Position numbers and translations under genes: made by a program
Notes under the pieces: model-generated
Database searches by the model: none
What the model saw: only the letters and a program-made list of their open reading frames with translations
What the model was told of the DNA's origin: nothing
Virus record (IMG/VR): IMGVR_UViG_2585427970_000004
Length of the DNA stretch: 41,455 nt
From: a virus
Lineage: Duplodnaviria > Heunggongvirae > Uroviricota > Caudoviricetes
Direction: 5' to 3' (one strand)
Shown: one piece after another, positions 9,998 through 19,562 of the stretch
Layout of the letters: the number at the start of each line of letters is the position of its first letter
Numbering within the stretch: the first letter of the stretch is position 1

Positions 9998-11833
9998 TTA
10001 CCTGCCAAAGCGCGTATAGCCAACATCATGGCTGACATCAAAACCGCTGGATCGCGTTTCCATAACCCGCATACCCGGAGGCGAATTCACAAAAGAGACC
10101 TTGATCTCACCATCAACTTTTGGCGCAGTAGCTTTATTAATCATGAAGGGATTCGGGCCTGTGGCATCGGAGGCGTTGTTTGACTGAGCCAGATCTACCG
10201 CCGGATAAGGTGTGTATCCCCGTGCCGGTATTCCCGTCCCATAAGCATCATAAGCACCCGCGCCCCACTGCGCAGAGTTAATGGCATCGACCGTGTCTCC
10301 GGAACTGTCGGTAAACCACTCAATAATTGGCTTCAGCTTGTCCCACATATCCTGAAACCACTTAACAACCGGCCCCCAGTTATTGATCACCATCCCCAGC
10401 GGCGACCAGGCAAAAACTTTCTTAAGGAGTTCCCAGCCAGCCTCAAAATAAGGACCAATGGTTTCCCAGAGCTTCTTGAAATAAGGTCCGACAACATCCC
10501 AGTTAGTGATAATTAATCCCGCAGCCAGGGCTATCGCCGTCGCAATCATGCCAATCGGCGTCATCGACATGATCCTGCTGATAATGCTGATGGCACTGCC
10601 CACGCCCATCAATCCCAGTTTCAGAATCGCAAGACCGGCAGCAAGCCCGACGACGCCGCGAATAACCCGGGGATTTTCATCCGCAAACTTCGTGAATTTT
10701 TCCCCCAACTCCCCCAGCCATTGCGTGATATTTTTAGCGTCACCAGAAAATGCGCCGCCAATAGCTGCAAGACCGTTAGTTGCGGTCCCCGTCATTGCCT
10801 CCCACAGGTTGGACAGCGTACCAAGCTGTGCCTGAACACGTTTATTCAGGCTGGCCTGTTTATGCATCTTCTGCTGGATCTGATCGTAACCATCCTTTCC
10901 TTTATCGATCAGAGCATTGACCACCTGAAGGGTTTCGGCATCATCACCAAATATTGCCTTAAGTACACCGGTTCGCTTAACGTCGGTCAGTTTTCGCAGC
11001 TTTGCCAGTTGCCTGAACATGTTATCAAGACCGCCAAAACTCCCTTTGCCATCAGTAAAATCGAGCTGTACCCCGAGTTTCTGGCGGGCCATGATTTTAT
11101 TGACGTCCCTGATTTTCTTAACGCTTAATCCGGACTGGATAACTTTTCGCAGGGCATTACCTGCCGACTCCCCGTTCATCCCCATCTGATCCATCATGAC
11201 ACTGATGGGGGCAAGACTCTGTGCAGCCTGAAGACCGTCCTTATTCACCATCTTCAGAACAGAGCTGGTTTTAGTGAAGAATGACAGCATGTTGGTGTCG
11301 TCAACGCCCAGATAAAACGCCTTCTGAATTGTGTCGAACAGCCCCATCATGTCTTCTGAGGCCGTTCCGGTAGCATCCTGCATCTTTGCGGCAAACTCGG
11401 CAGCCGCTTCCGGTGTTTTTTTCAGTTGTACCGCAAGATAAGCTGTCGCTTTACCCACACCACCAAGAATGTTTTCTGCCGGGATCCCCTGACGCACCAG
11501 CATCTGCATCATGTTCTGGAAATCAGCCGTTGTACCGGGTAGCTGGTTACCCAGGCCAATAGCCAGTTTATTGATGTCCTGAAAGCTCTTTCCAACCTCG
11601 CCGTTCGCATCCATCATGGCGACTTTCAGCCCGGTGGCGGCGTTTTCCTGATCAGCATAAGATTTCAGGGAAAGCGTCAGACCCGCAGCCAGTCCGCCAC
11701 CAAGCGCCAGCCCACCCTGTGACGCTTCTTCCGCCTGGCGTTTAAATCCCCGGATTTTCTTTTGCATTTTCGACAGCGCGGGAGAAAGCCTGTCGACACC
11801 GGTGATCAACGCCTTAAGCTCAAATTCAGCCAT
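9998..11833 (-). CDS. Tail tape measure protein
   Basis: 611 aa; Ala/Gly-rich with predicted helical segments; position between tail chaperone and baseplate genes. Confidence 0.8.
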   Translation of the reverse strand: MAEFELKALITGVDRLSPALSKMQKKIRGFKRQAEEASQGGLALGGGLAAGLTLSLKSYADQENAATGLKVAMMDANGEVGKSFQDINKLAIGLGNQLPGTTADFQNMMQMLVRQGIPAENILGGVGKATAYLAVQLKKTPEAAAEFAAKMQDATGTASEDMMGLFDTIQKAFYLGVDDTNMLSFFTKTSSVLKMVNKDGLQAAQSLAPISVMMDQMGMNGESAGNALRKVIQSGLSVKKIRDVNKIMARQKLGVQLDFTDGKGSFGGLDNMFRQLAKLRKLTDVKRTGVLKAIFGDDAETLQVVNALIDKGKDGYDQIQQKMHKQASLNKRVQAQLGTLSNLWEAMTGTATNGLAAIGGAFSGDAKNITQWLGELGEKFTKFADENPRVIRGVVGLAAGLAILKLGLMGVGSAISIISRIMSMTPIGMIATAIALAAGLIITNWDVVGPYFKKLWETIGPYFEAGWELLKKVFAWSPLGMVINNWGPVVKWFQDMWDKLKPIIEWFTDSSGDTVDAINSAQWGAGAYDAYGTGIPARGYTPYPAVDLAQSNNASDATGPNPFMINKATAPKVDGEIKVSFVNSPPGMRVMETRSSGFDVSHDVGYTRFGR

Positions 11834-12244
11834 GTGTGCGTTTCTCCTGCTCTATCCTGTTTGCCTGACTGACCAGCAAGGGAATTTCACTGATCGGCAT
11901 ATTCAGCAATTCGAAGGGATTAATGCGCCAGTAGCTGGCGCAGTCAAAGAAGCGATCAGTGAGGTATTCAGCCGTCAGGCCTGGAGGAAAAAACCAGCCA
12001 CAAGCCACGCCGCAGCATTCAGGTCTGCCGGAGACATCTGGTCGACAGAGTTTTGCGGCACTTTCGCCAGCCGCACAATGTATTTCGATACCACATGCGC
12101 CAGAAGTCTGACGGACTCATCCTGATTCATCTGGTAGGGATACCCCAGCTCGCGGACATCTTTCCCGGTGGGCTCATCAAACTCCAGTACGGAGAGTGTC
12201 TCGCCATGAGCGGTAATCGGTTTCTTTAACTCAAGCTCTTTCAT
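11826..12244 (-). CDS. Tail assembly chaperone (two overlapping frames, 11975..12244 and 11826..12008; possible programmed frameshift pair)
   Basis: 89-aa ORF then an overlapping 60-aa ORF in another frame, between tail tube and tape measure, the conserved position of G/GT-type chaperones. Confidence 0.45.
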
Positions 12245-12600
12245 TACTGGTAATCCCCTTCTTCACCGTGGAACTCAAGATCAACCGTGCCTTCTTCGGC
12301 ATTATGGTTCGCTTCGCCGTGCAGCCAGGCAGACGACAGTACATAGACCTGACCGTTCGCCAGCTCGGCAGTGATTGTCATCTCATCAGACGAGGTGATT
12401 TTGTTCACCGGAAAATTCTTCGGCACCTTGAAGGTCCCTTTGACATAAGGCGCACGGTGAGTTTCCTTGCGGTCCACTGAACCGTCCAGGCCGATGATGT
12501 CATCATTGACCGTCCTGTTCATGGGCACCTCAATGCCGCCGGTCAGCGATAGCTGCTGACCGTCAATTTTGAAATAACAGGTTCCCCCGATACGGGCCAT
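12244..12600 (-). CDS. Tail tube protein
   Basis: 118 aa; directly downstream of the sheath gene. Confidence 0.65.
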   Translation of the reverse strand: MARIGGTCYFKIDGQQLSLTGGIEVPMNRTVNDDIIGLDGSVDRKETHRAPYVKGTFKVPKNFPVNKITSSDEMTITAELANGQVYVLSSAWLHGEANHNAEEGTVDLEFHGEEGDYQ

Positions 12601-14096
12601 TATGCAGACTCCTCTGAATACTGAAGACGGAACTGATTAACCACGGCAAAGACACGCAGCTGGTTAACATAGTCAGGCGGGAACAGCGTGTTCAGGCGGT
12701 TCGGATCGCTGGCATCACGCTCCACAACCAGGTACTGCTTAAACAGTTCGTAGTTTTCCACGATCCCCGCACGCTCAAGCTGACGGTAGGTTGCCAGCAG
12801 TTCCCCTTTGATCACCGCCGGGGTGACAATCGCCTGACCGGGACCAAAGCGGGTACCGTCACTGGCAAGCTTGTGACGCCCGTACTTACTGGTAATGACG
12901 GATTTCAGTTTGCGCAGTACATACGCGCTGGTATGCAGTGTCTCACTGTCGAGGTAGCTGTTATCCGCAACCCCGTAAGCGTTTTTCCTGTACGTGGTGA
13001 CATCACGCTGAATGCGCAGTACCCCGCTTTCGACATACGCCGTTGCCACGCCATGAGACAGCAGGGTCTGTTGCTCGGTCATCGTGAACCGTTTCCCCTT
13101 CGGCGCAGGCAGCATACCCACCAGCTCACCGGTCTGCGTGGGACGTGCCGGATCGTTGCGGATAAACACCGCTGCGCGGGCGGTACGGCTTGCCGCCAGC
13201 TCGTCGGCAGGCGTCTGGGTCTCTTTTTCGTACCCCGCCAGGGTAATGTGCTGCTGGTTAAACTGGTCACCTGCGGTCACCAGTTCTGACAGCGAGCCGA
13301 TCTTTGCCGTATACACATGACCATACAGCTGACGCGCATAGCTCCAGCGACCGCTGGTATCGTTCATCTCGGTCACCAGCGTGTTAACGGAGGCCGTGTC
13401 GTTGAACGGCAGGCCGATATAATCAAACGGCTCATCCGCCATTGCAGCCACCGCGCTGGTGAGAACAGGAGCGCCCGTTCCGGCGGTCCCCGTCGCCACG
13501 GCAATCTGTACGCCCGCTGGCAGCACTTCGCCCCCACCAAAGCCGTAGTAATTGAGGCTGACAGGAATTTCATTCCCGCAAAGCCCCTTATGACGCGCGG
13601 TCAGTGTGACCACGCCTGCCGAAGATGAAGCCGTAAACGGCAGGGCCGGAACGGCATTGATGGCATCCTGGATACTGCTGGCAATCGTCGTGACGTTATC
13701 GCCGTTGGTCACCGGAGCCTGCACGCGGGTACGTCCCACATAGACATTCACCGTGCCGCTTTCGGTTGCTTCCCCGGTCACCGTCAGCGTAACCGTTGCC
13801 GCCGCGCCTGTGGCTTCCGGAACGGCAATCACATACAGCTCGCCAAACGGGTCGGTCTGGCGATAAGCCTCGACCATACGCGCCAGCTGACTTCCCGCAC
13901 CACAAATCTGGCGTGCATAGTCTGCCGACGGCATCAGTACCAGACTGTTGGCAACAATCTCTGCACCGTTATTGGCATGACCAATCAGCAGCGATGCTCC
14001 GCTGTCCTGTGCAGTATTCGCCGCCTGGTTATCCATTTCCGCATAAAACAGCGGAACCAGCGTATTCGACGGAATGGTGTTAAAGCTTATCGTCAT
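12600..14096 (-). CDS. Contractile tail sheath protein
   Basis: 498 aa; ATG at 14096; size and position typical of Mu/P2-type sheaths. Confidence 0.8.
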   Translation of the reverse strand: MTISFNTIPSNTLVPLFYAEMDNQAANTAQDSGASLLIGHANNGAEIVANSLVLMPSADYARQICGAGSQLARMVEAYRQTDPFGELYVIAVPEATGAAATVTLTVTGEATESGTVNVYVGRTRVQAPVTNGDNVTTIASSIQDAINAVPALPFTASSSAGVVTLTARHKGLCGNEIPVSLNYYGFGGGEVLPAGVQIAVATGTAGTGAPVLTSAVAAMADEPFDYIGLPFNDTASVNTLVTEMNDTSGRWSYARQLYGHVYTAKIGSLSELVTAGDQFNQQHITLAGYEKETQTPADELAASRTARAAVFIRNDPARPTQTGELVGMLPAPKGKRFTMTEQQTLLSHGVATAYVESGVLRIQRDVTTYRKNAYGVADNSYLDSETLHTSAYVLRKLKSVITSKYGRHKLASDGTRFGPGQAIVTPAVIKGELLATYRQLERAGIVENYELFKQYLVVERDASDPNRLNTLFPPDYVNQLRVFAVVNQFRLQYSEESA

Positions 14097-14250
14097 CGGT
14101 ATTCACCTTTTTATTCACGCGCCGGATATCACCCGCTGCTTCACGGCGCAGCCAGTAGTTGTTCTCGTCAACATTTCGCCCTTCGGCGGGCAAAAGGTCG
14201 CCGCGGGCAGGGTCAGGAACTGACCGCCCTTTAACAGGTTTCACAAACAT
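14080..14250 (-). CDS. Small basic hypothetical protein (57 aa), below the ORF-track threshold
   Basis: ATG at 14250 with GAGGA RBS 6 nt upstream; MFVKPVKGRSVPDPARGDLLPAEGRNVDENNYWLRREAAGDIRRVNKKVNTDDDKL; stop overlaps the sheath start. Confidence 0.35.
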   Translation of the reverse strand: MFVKPVKGRSVPDPARGDLLPAEGRNVDENNYWLRREAAGDIRRVNKKVNTDDDKL

Positions 14251-14258
14251 GAGGATCC

Positions 14259-14819
14259 TCAGGAAGGAAGGGTTATTTCGGTGTGATGTTCGATATCGCC
14301 GTCAGGCCCGTTACCGGGCTCGAGATAATCAACATCAATCGCCAGCGTTTGCAGTTCATCCAGACTGTTCAGGTCATCCTGCTGGCGGGTATCGTCTTCA
14401 GTCAGCTCGCTGATGACCGAAAAATCGAACTGATAAATCAGCTCATGACGATTCAGATCCAGCAGCGTACCGCCGTCATAGGTAATCGGGTTACCGCACG
14501 CTTCCGGGTTCCAGCCCAGCAGGGCCTTAAAGAGCATCTGTCGGACATCGTCCACCACATCATACGAGGCAAACTGACCGCGCTCATCACGCCCGTTACT
14601 CAGTATGACAACCACGGAGAAGCCCTCTTTCAGCTCCTGCCAGTAGTCGGTCTGGCTTTTGTTTTCTCCCGGAGAATCATCACCCGGTACCACATACGCC
14701 GCCGGGAGTCTCAGCTTTCCGACCTCCGGCAGATTTTTGAACTGTGCCGCACCTGCCACCCGGTTTTCAAAATACGGGCAGCGGGCACGCAGCGCAGCAA
14801 TAACAGGCGTCAGTTTCAT
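14259..14819 (-). CDS. Tail completion/terminator-like protein
   Basis: 186 aa; position between head-tail joining genes and the sheath. Confidence 0.4.
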   Translation of the reverse strand: MKLTPVIAALRARCPYFENRVAGAAQFKNLPEVGKLRLPAAYVVPGDDSPGENKSQTDYWQELKEGFSVVVILSNGRDERGQFASYDVVDDVRQMLFKALLGWNPEACGNPITYDGGTLLDLNRHELIYQFDFSVISELTEDDTRQQDDLNSLDELQTLAIDVDYLEPGNGPDGDIEHHTEITLPS

Positions 14820-15322
14820 CTGTGTCGTCGCTCCGGCTTCAGTGATTTACGCAATTCCCGCGCCAGAAAATAGCGTGTCCAGCTGCGGTTCTTTTCAAGA
14901 GTTTCCACCATGAAGTTATTACGTGGAGCCAGTCGCCAGCCGCTGCCACCGGATGCACCACGATGATGACTACGACGACGTTTTGCTCCTCCCCGGACAC
15001 CAAAAAACAGAAACGCCGGATAGAAGTCACCAGAGATCATCCGGTTCCCCTTCCCGTTGCGCTGGTTAGGGGCAATGCGTGTCATAAAACCGGCTCGCTT
15101 TTTACTGGCTCCCGGCACCATATAACCAATCGAACGAGCCAGGCGTCCGGTCTGATAACCGGGGTTTTCACCCGGTGCCGACCGCGCACGGCGCATCACC
15201 AGCCGACGGGCATCACGCATATGACGCTGCCCAATCGTGACAAACGCCCGCCGGACACGGGCGCGGTTAAAGCGCATCTCGGCGGGCTGCTGAACATCAA
15301 CGTGAAAAAAGGGAGTCGCCAT
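14816..15322 (-). CDS. Head-tail joining protein (HK97 gp10-like)
   Basis: 168 aa, basic; synteny. Confidence 0.4.
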   Translation of the reverse strand: MATPFFHVDVQQPAEMRFNRARVRRAFVTIGQRHMRDARRLVMRRARSAPGENPGYQTGRLARSIGYMVPGASKKRAGFMTRIAPNQRNGKGNRMISGDFYPAFLFFGVRGGAKRRRSHHRGASGGSGWRLAPRNNFMVETLEKNRSWTRYFLARELRKSLKPERRHR

Positions 15323-15707
15323 TGCTGCCTCCGTGACTCTGCCTACATTCGCCCAGCTCCGTACACTCCAGCAGCAGAAAGCGCCGCGCCCCGTTCAGAT
15401 CGCGCTGACGTTTCACCCGGTACACACTGTCACCGCAGACCACCTCATAATCAGCGGTGATCCCCCGGCGGTAACGAATGGTGATGTAATGGGTGATGGC
15501 GTCCCCGGTCTGCGCGGTTTCCTGCCAGGTGGTGGCACTGGTCTGGATAACCTTCGCCCATGTCCGGAACGTAACCGGGTATTGAGGCTCCACGCCAAAG
15601 TTATCCGCGGGCATATCCACCCGCAGGCGGATCAGGACGCGTTTATTCAGTTCACCGGGGTCCGGCAGAATGTAGGTTGCGCTGGTCTGCGCCTGACGAA
15701 TTTTCAT
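15297..15707 (-). CDS. Head-tail adaptor/joining protein
   Basis: 136 aa; synteny. Confidence 0.45.
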   Translation of the reverse strand: MKIRQAQTSATYILPDPGELNKRVLIRLRVDMPADNFGVEPQYPVTFRTWAKVIQTSATTWQETAQTGDAITHYITIRYRRGITADYEVVCGDSVYRVKRQRDLNGARRFLLLECTELGECRQSHGGSNGDSLFSR

Positions 15708-16027
15708 TGCGGAAAGTACCTGTACGGGCCGACAAGCCAGCCAAAACTCTGCGGCATGTCGAGTTTCTCCACTTCCGTAACCGACGAGCGGTTTTCGTAA
15801 AAATGGCTGATAAGCATCAGCATCCCCAGACGAATATCATCCGGCAGGTGCAGCCCGTCCGGATCGCTGTCCGGAATGGTTTCATCCGGTGCATAGAGCT
15901 TCCGGTTCAGATACGTTTCCGTCCGCTTTTGTGCCGCACAGGCCAGCAGTTGCAGATGGCGGTCATCAGCATCGAAATCCTCATCCAGCCGGAGTTGGGC
16001 TTTAATCTCTTCCATTGTCAGAAGCAT
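15704..16027 (-). CDS. Head-tail connector protein (gp6-like)
   Basis: 107 aa, acidic; immediately downstream of the capsid region. Confidence 0.5.
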   Translation of the reverse strand: MLLTMEEIKAQLRLDEDFDADDRHLQLLACAAQKRTETYLNRKLYAPDETIPDSDPDGLHLPDDIRLGMLMLISHFYENRSSVTEVEKLDMPQSFGWLVGPYRYFPQ

Positions 16028-16029
16028 AC

Positions 16030-16230
16030 TCAGCCCTCTTTACTGGTCGTGGCTTTTTTCTCTTTTGCCGCTTTACTGCTTTTTGCACTGATTCCGCGCT
16101 CTGCTAACCCGGCCTGAAGTGCAATCTCCTGCACCCGGGCAGGAAGTGCCCCGTCGTCATACTCACCGGCCCGAATGACCTCAACACGCATACCGTCCGG
16201 TGACCATTTCAGATCTTGTTTCAGGATCAT
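16030..16230 (-). CDS. Hypothetical protein
   Basis: 66-aa ORF with ATG start between capsid and connector genes. Confidence 0.35.
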   Translation of the reverse strand: MILKQDLKWSPDGMRVEVIRAGEYDDGALPARVQEIALQAGLAERGISAKSSKAAKEKKATTSKEG

Positions 16231-16279
16231 GATTCTTCACCCGTCAGAACAGGGGGCGCGGTTCCGCGCCCCTGAGTGA

Positions 16280-17485
16280 TTACGCCGCTGCAATCTTCAG
16301 CAGTTTGATGGCCTGCGAATCGACCAACATCCCGCCGGTGCGCTTGGTGGTATAAAAACCGACAAACGGTTTATTGGTGTACGGGTCACGCAGAATGCGG
16401 GTGCCGATACGGTCAACGATGGTGTAACCCCGTTTGAAGTTACCAAATGCAATGGCTTTCGCATCAGCGGCGATATCCGGCATCTGTTCGTTTTCAGCGA
16501 TACCGTAACCCGCCAGAGAGGACGGCTGCCCCAGTTCCAGCCCCGGACGCCACAGATAGTTACCCTCGGTGTCTTTCAGCAGACGGATGGCAAACAGGCT
16601 GTTGTTGTTCATCATGAACTTCGCGCCAGTGCGGTGTGCCTTACGCAGCGTGTAAATCAGTTTGATAATGGCGTCTGCGGTCACCGCGGTCGCTTCGCCG
16701 GATACAATATGCTGAAGTTTGCCGAACGCCCGGACCTTGTCGGTTTCATCAGTGGATTCATACGCCAGGAACCCTTTCGGCTTCTTGGTGCCATCGCCTG
16801 AGGTAAAGGCAATTTCTTCCTGTTCGGCAAATTCGGTTGCCAGCTCGCTGTTGATCCAGGCCTCCACGTTGAAGAAGGCATCGTCCAGCATTTTCTGGGT
16901 AGCCTGCGGGTTGCCGTAGATTTCCCCCATGAGAGGTTCAATCAGCTCCAGTCTGGAGGTGGCAGTCTGGGCTCGCGTATCCGTTTCCCCCACCCATCCG
17001 GAAGCCGTGCCGCCCAGATTCACCAGTTTTTTGTAGTCGGAACCACCAACGGTGATCACCGTGGCTTCCTGGCGCATCACCACTTCATCTTTCAGCAGGG
17101 TGAGAATGTTGCGATCCAGTGCTTCCGGCACGGCATAGCCACCGTCTTCATCGGTGCCCACCTGTAATGCCTTGCGCTCCAGATCGCGCAGACCATCTTC
17201 ACGGCCTTTACGCAGGAAGCCCACAAACGCTTCTTTATGCTCGGTGGCCAGTTTATTTTGCGCACCACCTGCCGGACGTTTCAGCTCAAGCAGCTCTTTT
17301 TCAAGATCGCTTTTGAGGTTTTCCAGCTCGCTGAGTTTCCCGTTCAGGGTTTCCACCTGCCCGGCAAGTTTGCCTTTTTCCTGCTCAATCGCATCCACGC
17401 GCTTGTCGTTCTTTGCTTTGAAGTCGTCAAACTTCTGCTGCAGCTCCTGCGCGACCTGTTCGACATCTTTAATATCAACCGCCAT
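16280..17485 (-). CDS. Major capsid protein, HK97 family
   Basis: 401 aa; N-terminal coiled-coil delta-like region (EQVAQELQQKFDDFKAKNDKRVDAIEQEKGKLAGQVETLNGKLSELENLKSDLEKE); strong RBS; follows the prohead protease. Confidence 0.85.
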   Translation of the reverse strand: MAVDIKDVEQVAQELQQKFDDFKAKNDKRVDAIEQEKGKLAGQVETLNGKLSELENLKSDLEKELLELKRPAGGAQNKLATEHKEAFVGFLRKGREDGLRDLERKALQVGTDEDGGYAVPEALDRNILTLLKDEVVMRQEATVITVGGSDYKKLVNLGGTASGWVGETDTRAQTATSRLELIEPLMGEIYGNPQATQKMLDDAFFNVEAWINSELATEFAEQEEIAFTSGDGTKKPKGFLAYESTDETDKVRAFGKLQHIVSGEATAVTADAIIKLIYTLRKAHRTGAKFMMNNNSLFAIRLLKDTEGNYLWRPGLELGQPSSLAGYGIAENEQMPDIAADAKAIAFGNFKRGYTIVDRIGTRILRDPYTNKPFVGFYTTKRTGGMLVDSQAIKLLKIAAA

Positions 17486-17499
17486 CGTATTTCTCCTGA

Positions 17500-18186
17500 T
17501 TAGAAGTTCAGATTTTTCAGTGCATTCAGTGCAGAGCCCACATCCTCAGCGTCGCGCAGGGACAGTGCGCCATAGCCCCCGGCCATGAATGCTTTGGCCT
17601 GGGTACGGGAGAGTCCGACATCACGCAGGACTCTTTCGATTTTTTTCTGTTCGGGGATTTCCCCGCGGGCCAGTGCGTTCTTGACGTCGCTGATCCGCGC
17701 CTCGTCGTTAGACGGGAACGTCACCAGGCTGACTTCCCAGAGGTCGATTTCTTTCAGCAGAAAGGCTTCTTTGCTCCGGTCGTATTCCCAGTCTTTCAGG
17801 ACGTACCCAATAGAAAGGCCGGTTAACGAACCGGCCTTCATGTGTGCATGTGCGCGTTTTGCGAGGGGATCATCATCAATAAGCAACCGTCCCCTGACGT
17901 AAAGCCCGACATCGTCTTCCTTCATTTCGGTGTAAACACCGATGGGTTCATCCATGCGGTGCTGCCAGAGCAGCGCAGGTAACGCTTTTCTGTCACTCCA
18001 CGCCCGCAGGGAAGCAGCAAATGCCCCGGACATCACCACATCATCGTGGCTGTCCTTTACACCAAAGACGGAGCCATACCCTTCAAACTCACCGGAGTCA
18101 CTGACAGATTTCAGACTCAGCGGTACATCAAGACGTTGTTTCGTCTGCATTGGCGTTATCCTTCTGCTTACCGGCTTTACTGCCAT
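17500..18186 (-). CDS. Prohead protease, HK97 family
   Basis: 228 aa; GYGSVFGVKDSHDDVVMSGAF motif typical of HK97-type prohead proteases; between portal and capsid. Confidence 0.8.
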   Translation of the reverse strand: MAVKPVSRRITPMQTKQRLDVPLSLKSVSDSGEFEGYGSVFGVKDSHDDVVMSGAFAASLRAWSDRKALPALLWQHRMDEPIGVYTEMKEDDVGLYVRGRLLIDDDPLAKRAHAHMKAGSLTGLSIGYVLKDWEYDRSKEAFLLKEIDLWEVSLVTFPSNDEARISDVKNALARGEIPEQKKIERVLRDVGLSRTQAKAFMAGGYGALSLRDAEDVGSALNALKNLNF

Positions 18187-19369
18187 CGGAGGGTTTCGTG
18201 GTCATGTTCATCGGTGTGAGATAGACATCACCACCGGGACGCGGATTCATATCTTCCAGGTCGCGGCAGTCATTGGGAGAGTAAATTCCCCAGTTGATCC
18301 CGGTGGCGTAGGCTTCAAAACGGGACTTCATATCCCCGCGCAGTAACGCCCCGGCGTTAAATTTGGCGTAATAAACGCCCTGCTTACTTTTTCGTACCAG
18401 TCCGGTGTTGATCCGCTGTTCGATGCGGGTCAGATACGGCACCAGTGAATAGTTGATAAATCCCAGCCCCAGCTCTTCGATATTGTTGAAGGTGGCGCGA
18501 TCGGTGTTCTGCACCATGTGCAACGGCACCCGGAACAGACGACAGATTTCTTCAAGCTGAAACTTGCGGGTTTCCAGGAACTGGCTGTCCTCGGCGTTCA
18601 GCGCCATCGACTTCCAGTCCAGCCCCATCTCAAGGATCATCGGGCGGTGAGCATTGCCAAGCCCGGTGTGACGCTCCTCAAAATCTTTCTTCAGGCGCTC
18701 ATAAGCCTGATCTGACAGCGTCTGCTCTGTACGCAACACACCCGACGTCACCGCGCCATTGCTGAACAGTCTGGCCCCGTGCTCTTCGGTCGCTGCCGCC
18801 AGCGATATTGCCTCGCGGGCATAGGCGATGGGATTCAGCCCCACCAGTCCGTCCAGCGTCAGCGTGCGCACATGCCAGATATCCTCCTGGCTCAGTACAT
18901 CCGTGGAGCCATCCGGGAATGTGACCTGATAGACCGGCTCCCAGCTACTGTTAAGCTTCGGTACCACACAGCCGGGATCGACGGGCAGCAGTTCAGCCAC
19001 TTCGCCAAATGCTTTCACTTTGTAGGCGTAAAAGTTTCCCCGCAGGCACAGACAGGTGACCACCAGCTCCCAGAACTCCTGCGGCGTCATATAGCCATTG
19101 GGATGCGTGGAGATCAGCTTATGCAGACGTTCGCCAGTGGCTCTCTGCTTCAGGCTGCCGTTCAGGTGATACAGGTTGCAGGGCAACATCCCGACCGACT
19201 CCGCCAGCACCCTGACGCAGGAAAAAACCGCCGTCAGTCGCATGGCCCTCTGGCTGCTGATCTGCTTTCCGGTATAGGTGTCGTATGACAGCCCGATAGC
19301 ATCCGCCAGCTCTGCTGGCGTGGTCACCGGTGCGTCACTTTTTCGTTGAAATAATCCCGAAAAGAACAC
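18128..19369 (-). CDS. Portal protein, HK97 family
   Basis: 413 aa; GTG start at 19369 with GGAGG RBS; follows large terminase. Confidence 0.8.
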   Translation of the reverse strand: MFFSGLFQRKSDAPVTTPAELADAIGLSYDTYTGKQISSQRAMRLTAVFSCVRVLAESVGMLPCNLYHLNGSLKQRATGERLHKLISTHPNGYMTPQEFWELVVTCLCLRGNFYAYKVKAFGEVAELLPVDPGCVVPKLNSSWEPVYQVTFPDGSTDVLSQEDIWHVRTLTLDGLVGLNPIAYAREAISLAAATEEHGARLFSNGAVTSGVLRTEQTLSDQAYERLKKDFEERHTGLGNAHRPMILEMGLDWKSMALNAEDSQFLETRKFQLEEICRLFRVPLHMVQNTDRATFNNIEELGLGFINYSLVPYLTRIEQRINTGLVRKSKQGVYYAKFNAGALLRGDMKSRFEAYATGINWGIYSPNDCRDLEDMNPRPGGDVYLTPMNMTTKPSDGSKAGKQKDNANADETTS

Positions 19370-19551
19370 TATTTACCTCCACCAACAGACATCTGTGTAC
19401 GGTCGAGATATCGCGCCACCAGCCACGACCAGAACAGGCACAACGCCCCGGCAACAACAAACCCCGCAGGGGGATAAATCAGCCAGGCACCATACGCCAG
19501 CAAAAGCACCCCCAGCACGCCCACCAGAGGCGCGAGAATCAGCATGATCAT
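19369..19551 (-). CDS. Small membrane protein (2 predicted TM helices)
   Basis: 60 aa; ATG with GAGGT RBS; hydrophobic [26 protein letters not shown]…. Confidence 0.4.
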   Translation of the reverse strand: MIMLILAPLVGVLGVLLLAYGAWLIYPPAGFVVAGALCLFWSWLVARYLDRTQMSVGGGK

Positions 19552-19562
19552 AATTACCTCAG

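Noticed and set aside
8760-14913. Numerous 60-200 aa ORFs antisense to the tail and head genes (for example 8760..9257, 10506..10835, 12873..13289, 14283..14873)
   Set aside because: Each lies wholly inside a long, well-supported structural gene on the opposite strand, lacks an RBS and has biased Arg/Ser/Pro-rich composition typical of antisense frames in GC-rich DNA.
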